Of a DNA stretch of 51,734 nucleotides, positions 35,177 through 44,315 are shown piece after piece (the first letter of the stretch is position 1; the number at the start of each line of letters is the position of its first letter). The stretch is from NCBI GenBank assembly GCA_041739515.1, contig JBGSNS010000028.1, forward strand, positions 1 through 51,734, in the 5' to 3' direction. The notes below the pieces were generated by a model that was not told the DNA's origin, did no database searches, and worked only from the letters and a program-made list of their open reading frames with translations. This DNA comes from Bdellovibrionota bacterium (GTDB taxonomy: Bacteria; Bdellovibrionota_C; UBA2361). A program made the position numbers and the translations under genes.

Positions 35177-35746
35177 TTATAGCTCGAATAGCTCACACCA
35201 CGCATGGATGGCTGTGATGTGAAGCTCTTGAATCCGTTCCGTTTCCGGTACCGGTACGATCACCGCAATATCCGAAAGCGACTTCATCTTACCTCCATCG
35301 CGACCTAATAAGCCGATCACCTTGGACCCTTTGCCGCGAGCCTTTTCTGCTGCCGCGCAAATGTTTGCGGAGTTGCCCGAGGTAGAAATTGCCACTAGCA
35401 CGTCTTGCGGGGTACAAAAAGTCTCAGCACACCGTGCAAAAACTGACGCGAAGTCTTTGTCATTACCCCAGCAGGTCATGGTGCTGCCATCGATCCAATG
35501 AGCAGCTTTAATTCCTGGGCGATCGCCTTTATAACGCGCCACAAGCTCCTCAGTGAAGTGCATGGCATCGCAGGCTGAGCCGCCGTTTCCACAGATGTAT
35601 ATCGTACCTCCGCCAGCAGCTATCGATTTAAGTAACGCCCCAGCTTTCTCCCAAGCTCCCAAAAATACCGCATCCCTGGCCAGCGCGAGCTTAATCTCGC
35701 TGGATCTGCTTAAAGCGCTTTTTATGGTTTCAACCATCCCTTTCAT
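35177..35746 (-). CDS. gmhA: Phosphoheptose isomerase (SIS domain)
   Basis: 189 aa with IYICGNGGSACDAMHFTEEL, AISTSGNSANI and RIQELH. Confidence 0.85.
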   Translation of the reverse strand: MKGMVETIKSALSRSSEIKLALARDAVFLGAWEKAGALLKSIAAGGGTIYICGNGGSACDAMHFTEELVARYKGDRPGIKAAHWIDGSTMTCWGNDKDFASVFARCAETFCTPQDVLVAISTSGNSANICAAAEKARGKGSKVIGLLGRDGGKMKSLSDIAVIVPVPETERIQELHITAIHAWCELFEL

Positions 35747-35786
35747 GCCTCTAAACCTATCCTCCTTCCGCTAAATTGGCTATCAC

Positions 35787-36230
35787 TTGCGTATGAACAT
35801 GAGCGTATCAATCGCATTTCACATTATTGGATTCGTTCTCTGGGTGGGTGGCACGATGTTTCTGTCACGCGCGTTGGCTGTGGCAGTAGGGGATGTCGGC
35901 GCTGGTGAGGTAAAACGTTGGGGATGGAGGGCTTTTTGTGGATACCTTCTGCCGGGAGCACTTCTCACCGTTATTACCGGGCTATATCAAATTGCGATTG
36001 GTGGCGGGGTAGCGTTTTACTTCGCACAAGGTTGGTTTCACGGGAAACTCACTCTAGTCCTTCTCATGTTGGGTGCCACTGTGATGCTTGGAATCAAGAC
36101 TAAGGTCTTAAGTGAAGGTACTCAGGTAGGTAGAGGAACATTTATGGCGATTCACGGCATCGCGGCACTAGTCTTGGTCGGTGCAATAATTCTTACCATC
36201 ACGGGTCGTGTTGGTATGCTGGGTCGCTAA
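35787..36230 (+). CDS. HemJ/CopD-like (UPF0093) small membrane protein
   Basis: 147 aa, 4 TM. The N-terminal AFHIIGFVLWVGG and GWFHGKLTLVLL resemble the conserved His-containing helices of the HemJ family. The true start is probably ATG 35793 or 35799. Confidence 0.5.
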   Translation: MRMNMSVSIAFHIIGFVLWVGGTMFLSRALAVAVGDVGAGEVKRWGWRAFCGYLLPGALLTVITGLYQIAIGGGVAFYFAQGWFHGKLTLVLLMLGATVMLGIKTKVLSEGTQVGRGTFMAIHGIAALVLVGAIILTITGRVGMLGR

Positions 36231-36251
36231 TTCTATCAAAGGGTAATCCTC

Positions 36252-37163
36252 ATGCGTGAATATTTTCTTTGGCTAGCTAAATTTCTCACCGTCGTTGTGC
36301 TGGTTTGTTTTGCGATTCCGCTCTTTGTGGGAATGCTCTTCGGTGCTTCGCAGGTTCTTAAAGCCGGCAAGGATATCGCCGCCGATAACCGTGTAGGAGT
36401 CGTAGAATTATCGGGCGAAATCATGGATAGCCGTAACGTCGTAGAGGATCTCGACCAGTTCGCTGCTGACCAGGGCATTGATGGGATAGTCCTGAGGATA
36501 GATTCGCCTGGTGGGGCGGTCGGGCCGAGCGAGGATATTTATTCAGCTGTGCTGCGGGCGAAGCTTAAGAAGCCTGTTATAGCATCATTCGGAGGAATGG
36601 CGGCATCGGGTGGATATTATGCAGCGGTTGGTTGTAATAAAATTGTTTCACAGCCGAGCAGCTTGACCGGTTCGATCGGTGTAGTCATGCAAATTCCAAA
36701 CTTTCGCAGAGTAGCTGAGTTAGTTGGTGTTGATATGGTGACGATTAAGGCCGGTAAAATGAAGGACGTTGGCAACTCATTCCGTGACATGACCGATGAG
36801 GAGCGATCGTATCTACAGAAAACAGCGAGTGAGGTACACGAGAATTTCATGGCTGCTGTTGCAGCCGGGCGATCGATGGAGCGGGCCAAGCTTGCTGAAA
36901 TCGCGGATGGCCGTGTTTTTGTGGCCTCTGAGGCTTTGAAGCTTGGATTGGTAGACTTTCTCGGTGATAGTACCTTTGCTGCGCGGACTGTATACGATGT
37001 ATTGGGAAGGCCGCTTCCACCAATCGGCGAGAAGGGGTCTACCCCTGCTATGATCTATGCAGAAGATCCTCTGCGAGAGGTGAAGAAGCTGTTCGAGAAG
37101 ATAGAATCTTCCGTTTCTACTTTGTTTGCAAAGTCAGTGCAGATGAAATTTCTCGCTCTCTAA
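36252..37163 (+). CDS. sppA: Signal peptide peptidase SppA (36K type)
   Basis: 303 aa with an N-terminal TM, RIDSPGGAVGPSE and GGMAASGGYYAA. Confidence 0.9.
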   Translation: MREYFLWLAKFLTVVVLVCFAIPLFVGMLFGASQVLKAGKDIAADNRVGVVELSGEIMDSRNVVEDLDQFAADQGIDGIVLRIDSPGGAVGPSEDIYSAVLRAKLKKPVIASFGGMAASGGYYAAVGCNKIVSQPSSLTGSIGVVMQIPNFRRVAELVGVDMVTIKAGKMKDVGNSFRDMTDEERSYLQKTASEVHENFMAAVAAGRSMERAKLAEIADGRVFVASEALKLGLVDFLGDSTFAARTVYDVLGRPLPPIGEKGSTPAMIYAEDPLREVKKLFEKIESSVSTLFAKSVQMKFLAL

Positions 37164-37169
37164 TGTCGT

Positions 37170-38051
37170 ATGTCTATTTCGATCGCCAACTTTTATCTCT
37201 TTGTTAAGATCTCCCCGAATGACATCGCAGCGATCTGCGCAACGCTTAACGAGTGGGCAGCTAAAACAGCTTCTCGTGGATTGGTAGTGATAGCTGAGGA
37301 GGGAATCAATGCCACCCTCTCTGGAGACCGTTGCGCAGTTGATGAAGCACTTAATCTTATCGAGAATCTTGGTGGTTTGAAGTTAGAGCCAAAATGGTCT
37401 CACGCCGAGAAACAACCGTTTATGCGCTGGAAAATCGATGTGCGGCCTGAGATAGTTACGCTCGGTTTTCCGTGCGTAGAAAAACTGGCATCGGCAGAAT
37501 CATTTCTTTCGCCTGCCGAATGGCATGCACGTTTGTCTGATACTAATCGGCCGCCACCGATCTTAATCGACACACGCAATATTTACGAGACGGAGATAGG
37601 AACTTTTGAAGGTGCTGTGGATCCACGGTTGGAAAGTTTTACGGATATTATCCCGTATCTCGAACAGCATACCGAACTCAAAGACAAAGAGCTTTTTATC
37701 TTCTGCACTGGCGGGATTCGCTGCGAAAAAGCGGCTCCGTATTTAGAATCGAAGGGATTTTCTAACGTAAAGCAATTGCATGGCGGTATCTTAAAATACA
37801 TTGAAGAATTTCCTGACGGACACTTTAAGGGAGAGTGCTTCGTGTTCGATCATCGTGTTGCGGTCGATCAACATCTCGAGCCTACGAAGCAGTATTGGCT
37901 GTGTCCGCTGTGTGGCGATCCAGGTAATCACACGACATTGTGCAAACGGTGCGGCAAGGAGGCGAAGATCTGCGTGCGCTGCGCGGAGACAGCGGCGTGC
38001 TCGAAGGATTGTCGGTATCACTTGAGTTTGCGGAATAATGCCCAACCTTAA
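37170..38051 (+). CDS. trhO: Rhodanese-domain tRNA uridine(34) hydroxylase TrhO (YceA/UPF0176)
   Basis: 293 aa. UPF0176 N-domain, rhodanese active-site loop FCTGGIRCEKAAPYLESKGF, and a C-terminal Cys-rich tail (CPLCGD...CKRCG...CVRC). Confidence 0.85.
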   Translation: MSISIANFYLFVKISPNDIAAICATLNEWAAKTASRGLVVIAEEGINATLSGDRCAVDEALNLIENLGGLKLEPKWSHAEKQPFMRWKIDVRPEIVTLGFPCVEKLASAESFLSPAEWHARLSDTNRPPPILIDTRNIYETEIGTFEGAVDPRLESFTDIIPYLEQHTELKDKELFIFCTGGIRCEKAAPYLESKGFSNVKQLHGGILKYIEEFPDGHFKGECFVFDHRVAVDQHLEPTKQYWLCPLCGDPGNHTTLCKRCGKEAKICVRCAETAACSKDCRYHLSLRNNAQP

Positions 38052-38276
38052 GCGGTTAGCCATTTACATTGATAGAAAAAGCTGTCGACAGATATTAAGT
38101 GCGATCTTGGAGCTATAGAGCAGATAAATCGCACTGTTAGAATGGAGCTATTCCGCAACAGTCAGTTACGAGTTTAATTTCTGATTGGTGATCTTGGTCA
38201 ATAAGCAGTGTAAGGCCAAGAGGGATCTTCCTCATTCCATAGCTAATCATATAGCCTACTCATACACAGCGCTGGT

Positions 38277-38768
38277 ATGCAAAACATCATTCTTTCCATC
38301 CTTACCGCCGTATTACTAATCCCAAATCTATTGGCGATAACTTTTGCAATAGAGGACTGGCCACTCACACCCGCCCCAATGTTTGCACATTATGTTGACT
38401 CCACTACGCCACGATACCGCTTTGTTTTTAACGGTGAGCTTGCTGACAATACTCAAAAGTCTCTTGGATTCTACTCCGCCGGCGCTAATTGGTCGTTAAT
38501 GCGTTATTTCTTTAAGTATGTATACGGAGCCACCCCGTCAGGGGGTGTATTTGCAATCTTTGAAAGCGATTCCGCTGACGCTTTTTCAAATCGCTTAGGT
38601 AAATTTTTTAAATCCTTTAGTATTGAAGTTGAAAAACGCGAGACTGTTCGCCTGAAGCATATTGAGCTTTGGCTCGAAAGTCTCTCTGAGGATAACCTCA
38701 CGCATGAGAAGAAGTTGGTCGGCATCTTTGATTGCACCACATCAAAATTTACTAAATCGCAGGATTGA
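38277..38768 (+). CDS. Small membrane-anchored protein, partner of the HTTM protein (possible SdpA-family)
   Basis: 163 aa with an N-terminal hydrophobic anchor (MQNIILSILTAVLLIPNLLAITFA). Its stop lies 8 nt before the ATG of the HTTM gene. The family call rests only on size, order and partner. Confidence 0.5.
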   Translation: MQNIILSILTAVLLIPNLLAITFAIEDWPLTPAPMFAHYVDSTTPRYRFVFNGELADNTQKSLGFYSAGANWSLMRYFFKYVYGATPSGGVFAIFESDSADAFSNRLGKFFKSFSIEVEKRETVRLKHIELWLESLSEDNLTHEKKLVGIFDCTTSKFTKSQD

Positions 38769-38776
38769 GGATTAGG

Positions 38777-39763
38777 ATGATTTCTAAAATCTACAATCTT
38801 TGGTCTCATTTCTGGTTCGCTCCAGTAGAATTGCTACCACTTGGGATATTACGCATAGTTTTAATCGGGTATCTTTTTTTTACTCTTCCTGAACGCTTTC
38901 TTGTCCTGCATTGGTCGCAGGATATGCCCCAAGAATTTATGGTTCTGGGTCTTGCATTGCGCTACTCCCCTATTCCTTATCCTCTTATTGACCCTTGGAT
39001 TGAGTATTTTGAAATTGCCCTTAGAATTTTAGGAGCGCTTGCGACTCTAGGTATTTTCACTCGCATAAGTTTAGGGTTTTTTACTATCGGCTACTGGTAC
39101 TTGGCGGCCGTAGATTCAGCGTGGGGCTGGCACGATCATGGACCAAGCTTAGTCGCACAAGTCCTGCTCGTGCTATGTATTGCACCGGGCGTATCCGCAC
39201 TCTCGATAGATCGTTTTTTTCTCAATCGTTCATCAACGCTACGAAATCGTTTAGGAATCGGACTAGTAGGAAAGCGCTGGGGCTTTCAAATGATTTTTGT
39301 TTTGCTGTCGCTATTTTACTTCACATCAGGCTTCTCGAAGCTACGTTATGGTGGTGTTCAGTGGATGAATGGCGAGACTCTAAGCTTCTACCTGTCTGGA
39401 AAGAGCGTATCGAACCGTATCCAGCAATATGGTTCAAGTGCGAGCGTGACTCCGGATGAAAAATGGCGGGACGGAGTTGGTCTTGATCACTATTTATACG
39501 GCGCTAGACCATCATTATTGGCTAAACAGATCGCAGATTCAAAAATCCTATGTGCCATTTTAGCGATAGGTACAATTTTCTTTGAGATGTTTTTTATATT
39601 AATTTTGCTGGGCGGCCCTCTCCGAGACCTTCTTTTAATTTGTGGGGCAGTATTTCACGCCTCAATTTATTTTTTGATGGGCATCTCTTTTTTTCCCTGG
39701 ATCTTGATTGAGCTTTGTCTGGTAAATTGGTGCCGCGTTTTTAGAAGACAACCTCAACTGTAA
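38777..39763 (+). CDS. HTTM-domain polytopic membrane protein (SdpB-like)
   Basis: The N-terminus reads MISKIYNLWSHFWFAPVELLPLGILRIVLIGYLFF, matching the HTTM opening pattern, and is followed by multiple TM helices. The start is set at ATG 38777, preceded by GAGGA; the track ORF begins at TTG 38765. Confidence 0.7.
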   Translation: MISKIYNLWSHFWFAPVELLPLGILRIVLIGYLFFTLPERFLVLHWSQDMPQEFMVLGLALRYSPIPYPLIDPWIEYFEIALRILGALATLGIFTRISLGFFTIGYWYLAAVDSAWGWHDHGPSLVAQVLLVLCIAPGVSALSIDRFFLNRSSTLRNRLGIGLVGKRWGFQMIFVLLSLFYFTSGFSKLRYGGVQWMNGETLSFYLSGKSVSNRIQQYGSSASVTPDEKWRDGVGLDHYLYGARPSLLAKQIADSKILCAILAIGTIFFEMFFILILLGGPLRDLLLICGAVFHASIYFLMGISFFPWILIELCLVNWCRVFRRQPQL

Positions 39764-39868
39764 TACTAATCGCGTTCTTGAGTGCGATTTGTCGTACCAT
39801 TCCTTGATGTCTGTGTATGACGTGGACGTCTCCGAGGATTTTGAGCTGTTTAGTTTGTCTCAACCAAT

Positions 39869-40438
39869 CTATCCGTTCCAACTCATTATTCTCCATACAC
39901 CATCTGCATAGACTAGGTCACATACTCCAGCGGTCTTAACGTTCCAGCCTCCGCTCCCGCCGAGTAGTTTCCCAAGTAGCTTCAGTCGGCCGTTGCTGGT
40001 TACCGCTACGGTAAGTTTGCGGTCGAGGCAGGCCGTCAAAAACTCGTTTAGTTCGCCATCGATGCGCGTTCGCTCTAGTCCCCAGGCAGCTGGTACTTCG
40101 CACCTGTCTCGCCAGAGCCTTAACGAATCCTCACCGAATTCCGCAACGATCCCGGCTTCTGTTTTTCCGCTCCATCCGCCGAAATCTAATTCTGTTAACC
40201 GTGTGTCAGTTACTATCGGCGCCTCGAAAACTTCAGCGGTGGTCAGGGCTCGCTTAAGCGGCGATGCAACGACAGTTCGCTCTGTTGAACCTATAAGTCC
40301 CGCAACTTTGGTTTTTAATCCGCTGAGTTGCTCCCGTCCTGAGTTACTAAGTCGCAAGTCCTCATTCGCGCCGATCCAGTACGGTGTATCGTTTGGCTCA
40401 AATGTGTTGGCGTGACGTACTAGAATTATGCGGGTCAT
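39869..40438 (-). CDS. Histidine-phosphatase-superfamily protein with atypical catalytic motifs
   Basis: 189 aa. The N-terminus MTRIILVRHANT has RHA in place of RHG. The position of the usual SHG second histidine reads VAVTSNGRL. ATGA overlap with the kdsB stop. Confidence 0.65.
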   Translation of the reverse strand: MTRIILVRHANTFEPNDTPYWIGANEDLRLSNSGREQLSGLKTKVAGLIGSTERTVVASPLKRALTTAEVFEAPIVTDTRLTELDFGGWSGKTEAGIVAEFGEDSLRLWRDRCEVPAAWGLERTRIDGELNEFLTACLDRKLTVAVTSNGRLKLLGKLLGGSGGWNVKTAGVCDLVYADGVWRIMSWNG

Positions 40439-41223
40439 GAGAGCAGCTCGCCTTCATGTTTAATTACATCCGCTGCGCGTACTAGGTCTTCTGAGGTATC
40501 GACAGATACCAGGGTTCGGCCATTTAAATCGCATTCTTGCACAGCGATCGACATTCCTGCTTCGAGTGCGCGAAGCTGTTCTAGCTTCTCACTGTCCTCA
40601 AGCATCGAATGCGGAAGGGTTAGATACTTAGCTAAGCTAGCTTCGGTATATGCATAAATCCCTACGTGTTTGCTCAGTGGTGCATCGTCCCCCACATCTC
40701 TGACGAACGGGATCGGATATCTGGAGAAATATAACGCGCGTTTGTTTCGATCTGTGACGACGTAAGTGCCAGCGCCGTGCTTTTTGTCAGTGCTTCGAAG
40801 CGCGGCTCTTTGCTCAAGGGTCAACGGCACACTCAACGTCGTAATATCCGCCTCGTGGGTGCGTCGCATCTGAATTAAGGCCGCAATCATTGAAGGAGGC
40901 AACAACGGAGAATCTCCTTGTAGGTTAACCAGAAACTTCACCGTGTTTGGAAGCTCTTTGCTCGCTGCGAAAACTCGCTCACTTCCGTTGCGACAACTCT
41001 CCGGCGTCATAACGACTGTTGCGCCGAACCCTTCAGCTGCCGCTTTGATGCGTTGATCGTCGGTTGCAATTATTACTAGTTTGCAATCCTTTATCGCTGC
41101 GCACGCATTGCGCCAAACCCGTTCAAGCATCGACTTGCCAGCGATCATAGCCAACGGTTTTCCGGGCAGGCGCGAAGAGGCGTACCGGGAAGGGATGATG
41201 ATGACTGTGTCAGAACTAGACAT
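40435..41223 (-). CDS. kdsB: 3-deoxy-manno-octulosonate cytidylyltransferase (CMP-KDO synthetase)
   Basis: 262 aa with IIIPSRYASSRLPGKPL and typical KdsB length and layout. Confidence 0.9.
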   Translation of the reverse strand: MSSSDTVIIIPSRYASSRLPGKPLAMIAGKSMLERVWRNACAAIKDCKLVIIATDDQRIKAAAEGFGATVVMTPESCRNGSERVFAASKELPNTVKFLVNLQGDSPLLPPSMIAALIQMRRTHEADITTLSVPLTLEQRAALRSTDKKHGAGTYVVTDRNKRALYFSRYPIPFVRDVGDDAPLSKHVGIYAYTEASLAKYLTLPHSMLEDSEKLEQLRALEAGMSIAVQECDLNGRTLVSVDTSEDLVRAADVIKHEGELLS

Positions 41224-41638
41224 CTGTTAAGGAAATCTCCTCCGCATCTTTAGCGCCCTTTACAGCATCAACTTCGATCTCTATCGTTAATCTCGGGTCT
41301 ATGAGTCTTGCGACTTGTACAATCGAGCTTGCCGGCTTGATGTGTTTGAACGCCATTCGGTGGGCTCTAGCATAGTCGTCCCAAGTGCTTAGTTCGGTTA
41401 CGAAAAGGCGCGTTCGTATCACCTCTTCCATGGCGAATCCGCATTGGTCAAGAATTTTACGAACCCTTTCTAATACGAAAACCGTTTGTTCGTACGCATT
41501 TCCCGGTGCGATAACTTCACCGTCTGCACTTACGGCGGTGGTTCCGGAGATGTACAGGGAATCTCCAACGCGGACAGCTCGCGAATATCCCCTAAGCGGC
41601 TCCCAGATCGACGGCGAAGAGTAGTTTATGCGTCCCAC
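41216..41638 (-). CDS. RidA/YjgF-family protein
   Basis: 140 aa with a YjgF-like pattern (LYISGTTAVSADGEVI...ARLIDPRLTIEIEV). It overlaps the kdsB start by 8 nt. Confidence 0.75.
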   Translation of the reverse strand: MGRINYSSPSIWEPLRGYSRAVRVGDSLYISGTTAVSADGEVIAPGNAYEQTVFVLERVRKILDQCGFAMEEVIRTRLFVTELSTWDDYARAHRMAFKHIKPASSIVQVARLIDPRLTIEIEVDAVKGAKDAEEISLTDV

Positions 41639-41714
41639 TGTTTTAGATTCTCCATTCCGACAATACGGAAAGTGAGAGGTGGATACAACTATGGGAATTC
41701 AATTGAATTGAGGA

Positions 41715-42245
41715 TTAAGGGCACAGTGAATGGTACTGAGTTGCCTTCTCTACGTAATGATCAGCAGATACTCGATTTTCAGCAAACTCAGCATCGGTGA
41801 CAGTTCGTACAAGTTTTGCGGGTGAGCCCAAAACCAAAGATCTTGGTGGTATCTTGACGCCCTTAGTAACTAACGCATTCGCGCCGATAATAGATCCGGC
41901 TCCTATCTCTACCCCATCAAGGATAATCGCTCCCATCCCAATCAAACAGTCATCTCCAACGGTCGCCCCGTGTACTATCGCATGGTGTCCGATGGTCACA
42001 CGTGACCCGATGATAGTTGGACTCAATCCGGTGCTCGTGTGCAAAAGCGCCCCATCCTGAATATTCGTTCGATCTCCGACTTTAATCGACAGGACATCTC
42101 CGCGAACTACGGCCCCAAACAGAATTGTGCAGTTGCGCCCAATTTCAGCGTCACCGATCACCCAAGCGTTCGGAGCAATCCACGATTGAATTCCCATTCG
42201 TGGATTACAAAGTTTCCCTTCAACTTTAAATGCTAAGGTCGGCAT
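41715..42245 (-). CDS. Gamma-carbonic-anhydrase-like hexapeptide-repeat protein (YrdA/PaaY family)
   Basis: 176 aa with left-handed beta-helix repeats and conserved His positions (IGDRTNIQDGALLHTS...IGHHAIVHGATVGDDCLIGMGAIIL). Confidence 0.85.
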   Translation of the reverse strand: MPTLAFKVEGKLCNPRMGIQSWIAPNAWVIGDAEIGRNCTILFGAVVRGDVLSIKVGDRTNIQDGALLHTSTGLSPTIIGSRVTIGHHAIVHGATVGDDCLIGMGAIILDGVEIGAGSIIGANALVTKGVKIPPRSLVLGSPAKLVRTVTDAEFAENRVSADHYVEKATQYHSLCP

Positions 42246-42269
42246 GTTTCGCGCTTACCCCATAACATT

Positions 42270-43253
42270 CTATCTGTATCCAGCGAGCACTGCTTCAGCA
42301 GCCTGCATCGTTCGCTCTATGTTCGGAACTACCAATACATCCAAAGCCTTGGAATACGGAATGGGAACTTCGAGTGATGAGACAACTTTTACTGGAGCGT
42401 CTAATTGATCGAATGCCTCGTCCATAATCATGTGCGAGAGATATGTTCCGTAACTGGCAATTTCGTGTTGCTCTTGAATCACTAACACTCGGTGGGTTTT
42501 CGCGACGGACGTCAGGATAGTTTCCTTGTCTAACGGCCGCAGGGTGCGAAGATCGATCACCTCAGCAGAAACGCCTTTGCTGGCGAGTTGCTCCGCTACT
42601 TGTAGGGCGAGGAATACGTTTTTCGACCAGCTGATAATTGTGAGATCTGCCCCGGCACGTTTCACCTCCGCCTTGCCCAGTGGAATAAGGTACTCTTCTT
42701 CCGGCACCTCACCTTTCATGCTGTAGGTCAGTTCAGACTCAAAGAAACAGACCGGATTATCGTTGCGAATGGAGCTCTTTAGAAGTCCTTTAAAATCGTA
42801 GGGAGTGGACGGTGCAACTACTACAAGGCCAGGGGTGTAGGCGAAGAAATGTTCGAAAGAATTACCATGTTGGGCGGCTAATTGTGAGGCGGCTCCACCA
42901 GCTCCGCGAAAAACGATCGGACATTTTAGTGCGCCAGCGGACATCAAATGCGCCTTAGCGGCTCCGTTTAATATCTGATCGATCGCTACCAACGAAAAAT
43001 TATACGTCATGAATTCAACGATCGGACGTAGACCAGCCATCGCAGCCCCTACGCCAATACCAGTGAATCCACACTCAGCGATCGGAGCATCAACTACTCG
43101 CTTAGCGCCAAATTCTTCAAGCATCCCCTTTGAGCACTTATAAGCTCCGTTGTATGCGCCAACTTCTTCACCAACTAAGAATACGTTGGGATCGCGGCGC
43201 ATCTCTTCGCTCATTGCTTCTTTGATTGCATCTCTAATCGCTATTTCTCGCAT
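42270..43253 (-). CDS. pdhB: Pyruvate/2-oxoacid dehydrogenase E1 component, beta subunit
   Basis: 327 aa with a transketolase-like pyrimidine-binding domain and C-terminal domain (VFLVGEEVGAYNGAYK...DAPIAECGFTGIGVGAA). It follows the alpha subunit gene. Confidence 0.85.
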   Translation of the reverse strand: MREIAIRDAIKEAMSEEMRRDPNVFLVGEEVGAYNGAYKCSKGMLEEFGAKRVVDAPIAECGFTGIGVGAAMAGLRPIVEFMTYNFSLVAIDQILNGAAKAHLMSAGALKCPIVFRGAGGAASQLAAQHGNSFEHFFAYTPGLVVVAPSTPYDFKGLLKSSIRNDNPVCFFESELTYSMKGEVPEEEYLIPLGKAEVKRAGADLTIISWSKNVFLALQVAEQLASKGVSAEVIDLRTLRPLDKETILTSVAKTHRVLVIQEQHEIASYGTYLSHMIMDEAFDQLDAPVKVVSSLEVPIPYSKALDVLVVPNIERTMQAAEAVLAGYR

Positions 43254-43282
43254 GCGTGATTCTCTAATGATCGATCTATTTA

Positions 43283-44254
43283 CTAGGCTACCGGGGCGGC
43301 ATAGGCGTAATCCATGACGGTACTTGCGTCAGGGAAAGGAGAACTCTCTGCAAACTGTACTGCGTCCTGTATCTCTGTCTCTACTTCCGCATCGATTGCA
43401 TCCCGTTTCTCTGTTAATCCAAGAGCAGTCATTCGCTCCGAGACAAGTTTGATACAGTCCCGTTCTCGCTTCTTTTCGACATCCTCTTTGGTTCTATACG
43501 TTGCCGGATCCGCCATAGAATGGCCGCGATATCGGTACGTTCGAGCTTCAATCAAAGTCGGGAGACGTTGGTCTCTAGCCCGTTGCACAGCTGTATGAAT
43601 ACTAGAACGCACCGCGAACACATCGTGTGCGTCCACAACGTCGCGCGCCATAGGATAGGCAAGCGCTCTTATGGAAAGATCTGGACTTGCTGCTGTCTTC
43701 TCTAGTGGCGTGCCCATCGCGAAATAATTATTCTCGATGATGTAAACGATGGGAAGTTTCCAAAGCGCAGACAATGCTAGACCCTCGTGAAATGCTCCGA
43801 TGTTAATCGCCCCGTCGCCCATAAAGCACAAAGCAACCGCATTGGTACCGCGATAAGCCTCAGCAAATGCAAATCCTGCGGCCATCGGAATCTGGGCACC
43901 AACGATTCCCCATCCGCCGTGAAAGTTGCGCTCCTTGTCGTAGAAATGCATCGAGCCACCTCGACCTTTGGCGCAGCCGGTTTCCTTACCCAGAAGCTCG
44001 GCCATACCCGCGCGTGCGGATCCGCCGCGAGCCAGATAATGCCCATGACATCGGTATGCAGTAACGATGTGGTCCCTGGCCTCCAGTACCGACATAGCCC
44101 CAACAGCGAGCGCTTCCTGGCCAATATAGAGATGTAAAAAGCCACCAATCTTCTTTTCGGTGTAGAGGCGTGCCGCCTCTTCCTCGAAACGTCGAATACG
44201 TAGCATCCCGCGGTATAGTGAAAGGAGTAATTCTTGGTCCATACTGAAGCCCAA
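43283..44254 (-). CDS. pdhA: Pyruvate/2-oxoacid dehydrogenase E1 component, alpha subunit
   Basis: 323 aa with the TPP-binding motif GDGAINIGAFHEGLALSALWKLPIVYIIENNYFAMGT and the phosphorylation-loop-like YRYRGHSMADP. Confidence 0.85.
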   Translation of the reverse strand: MGFSMDQELLLSLYRGMLRIRRFEEEAARLYTEKKIGGFLHLYIGQEALAVGAMSVLEARDHIVTAYRCHGHYLARGGSARAGMAELLGKETGCAKGRGGSMHFYDKERNFHGGWGIVGAQIPMAAGFAFAEAYRGTNAVALCFMGDGAINIGAFHEGLALSALWKLPIVYIIENNYFAMGTPLEKTAASPDLSIRALAYPMARDVVDAHDVFAVRSSIHTAVQRARDQRLPTLIEARTYRYRGHSMADPATYRTKEDVEKKRERDCIKLVSERMTALGLTEKRDAIDAEVETEIQDAVQFAESSPFPDASTVMDYAYAAPVA

Positions 44255-44315
44255 TTCGTACTCTGGCTAGCTTTGGGAGTAAAGACGGTGAAGAGGGGTG
44301 TCTCGGCGATGAAAT

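Noticed and set aside
42270-44254. E1 alpha/beta genes without adjacent E2/E3 genes, as a sign of an incomplete or novel 2-oxoacid dehydrogenase
   Set aside because: E2 and E3 genes are frequently encoded elsewhere, and nothing in the E1 sequences looks unusual. Substrate specificity (pyruvate, acetoin or branched-chain) cannot be decided by eye.
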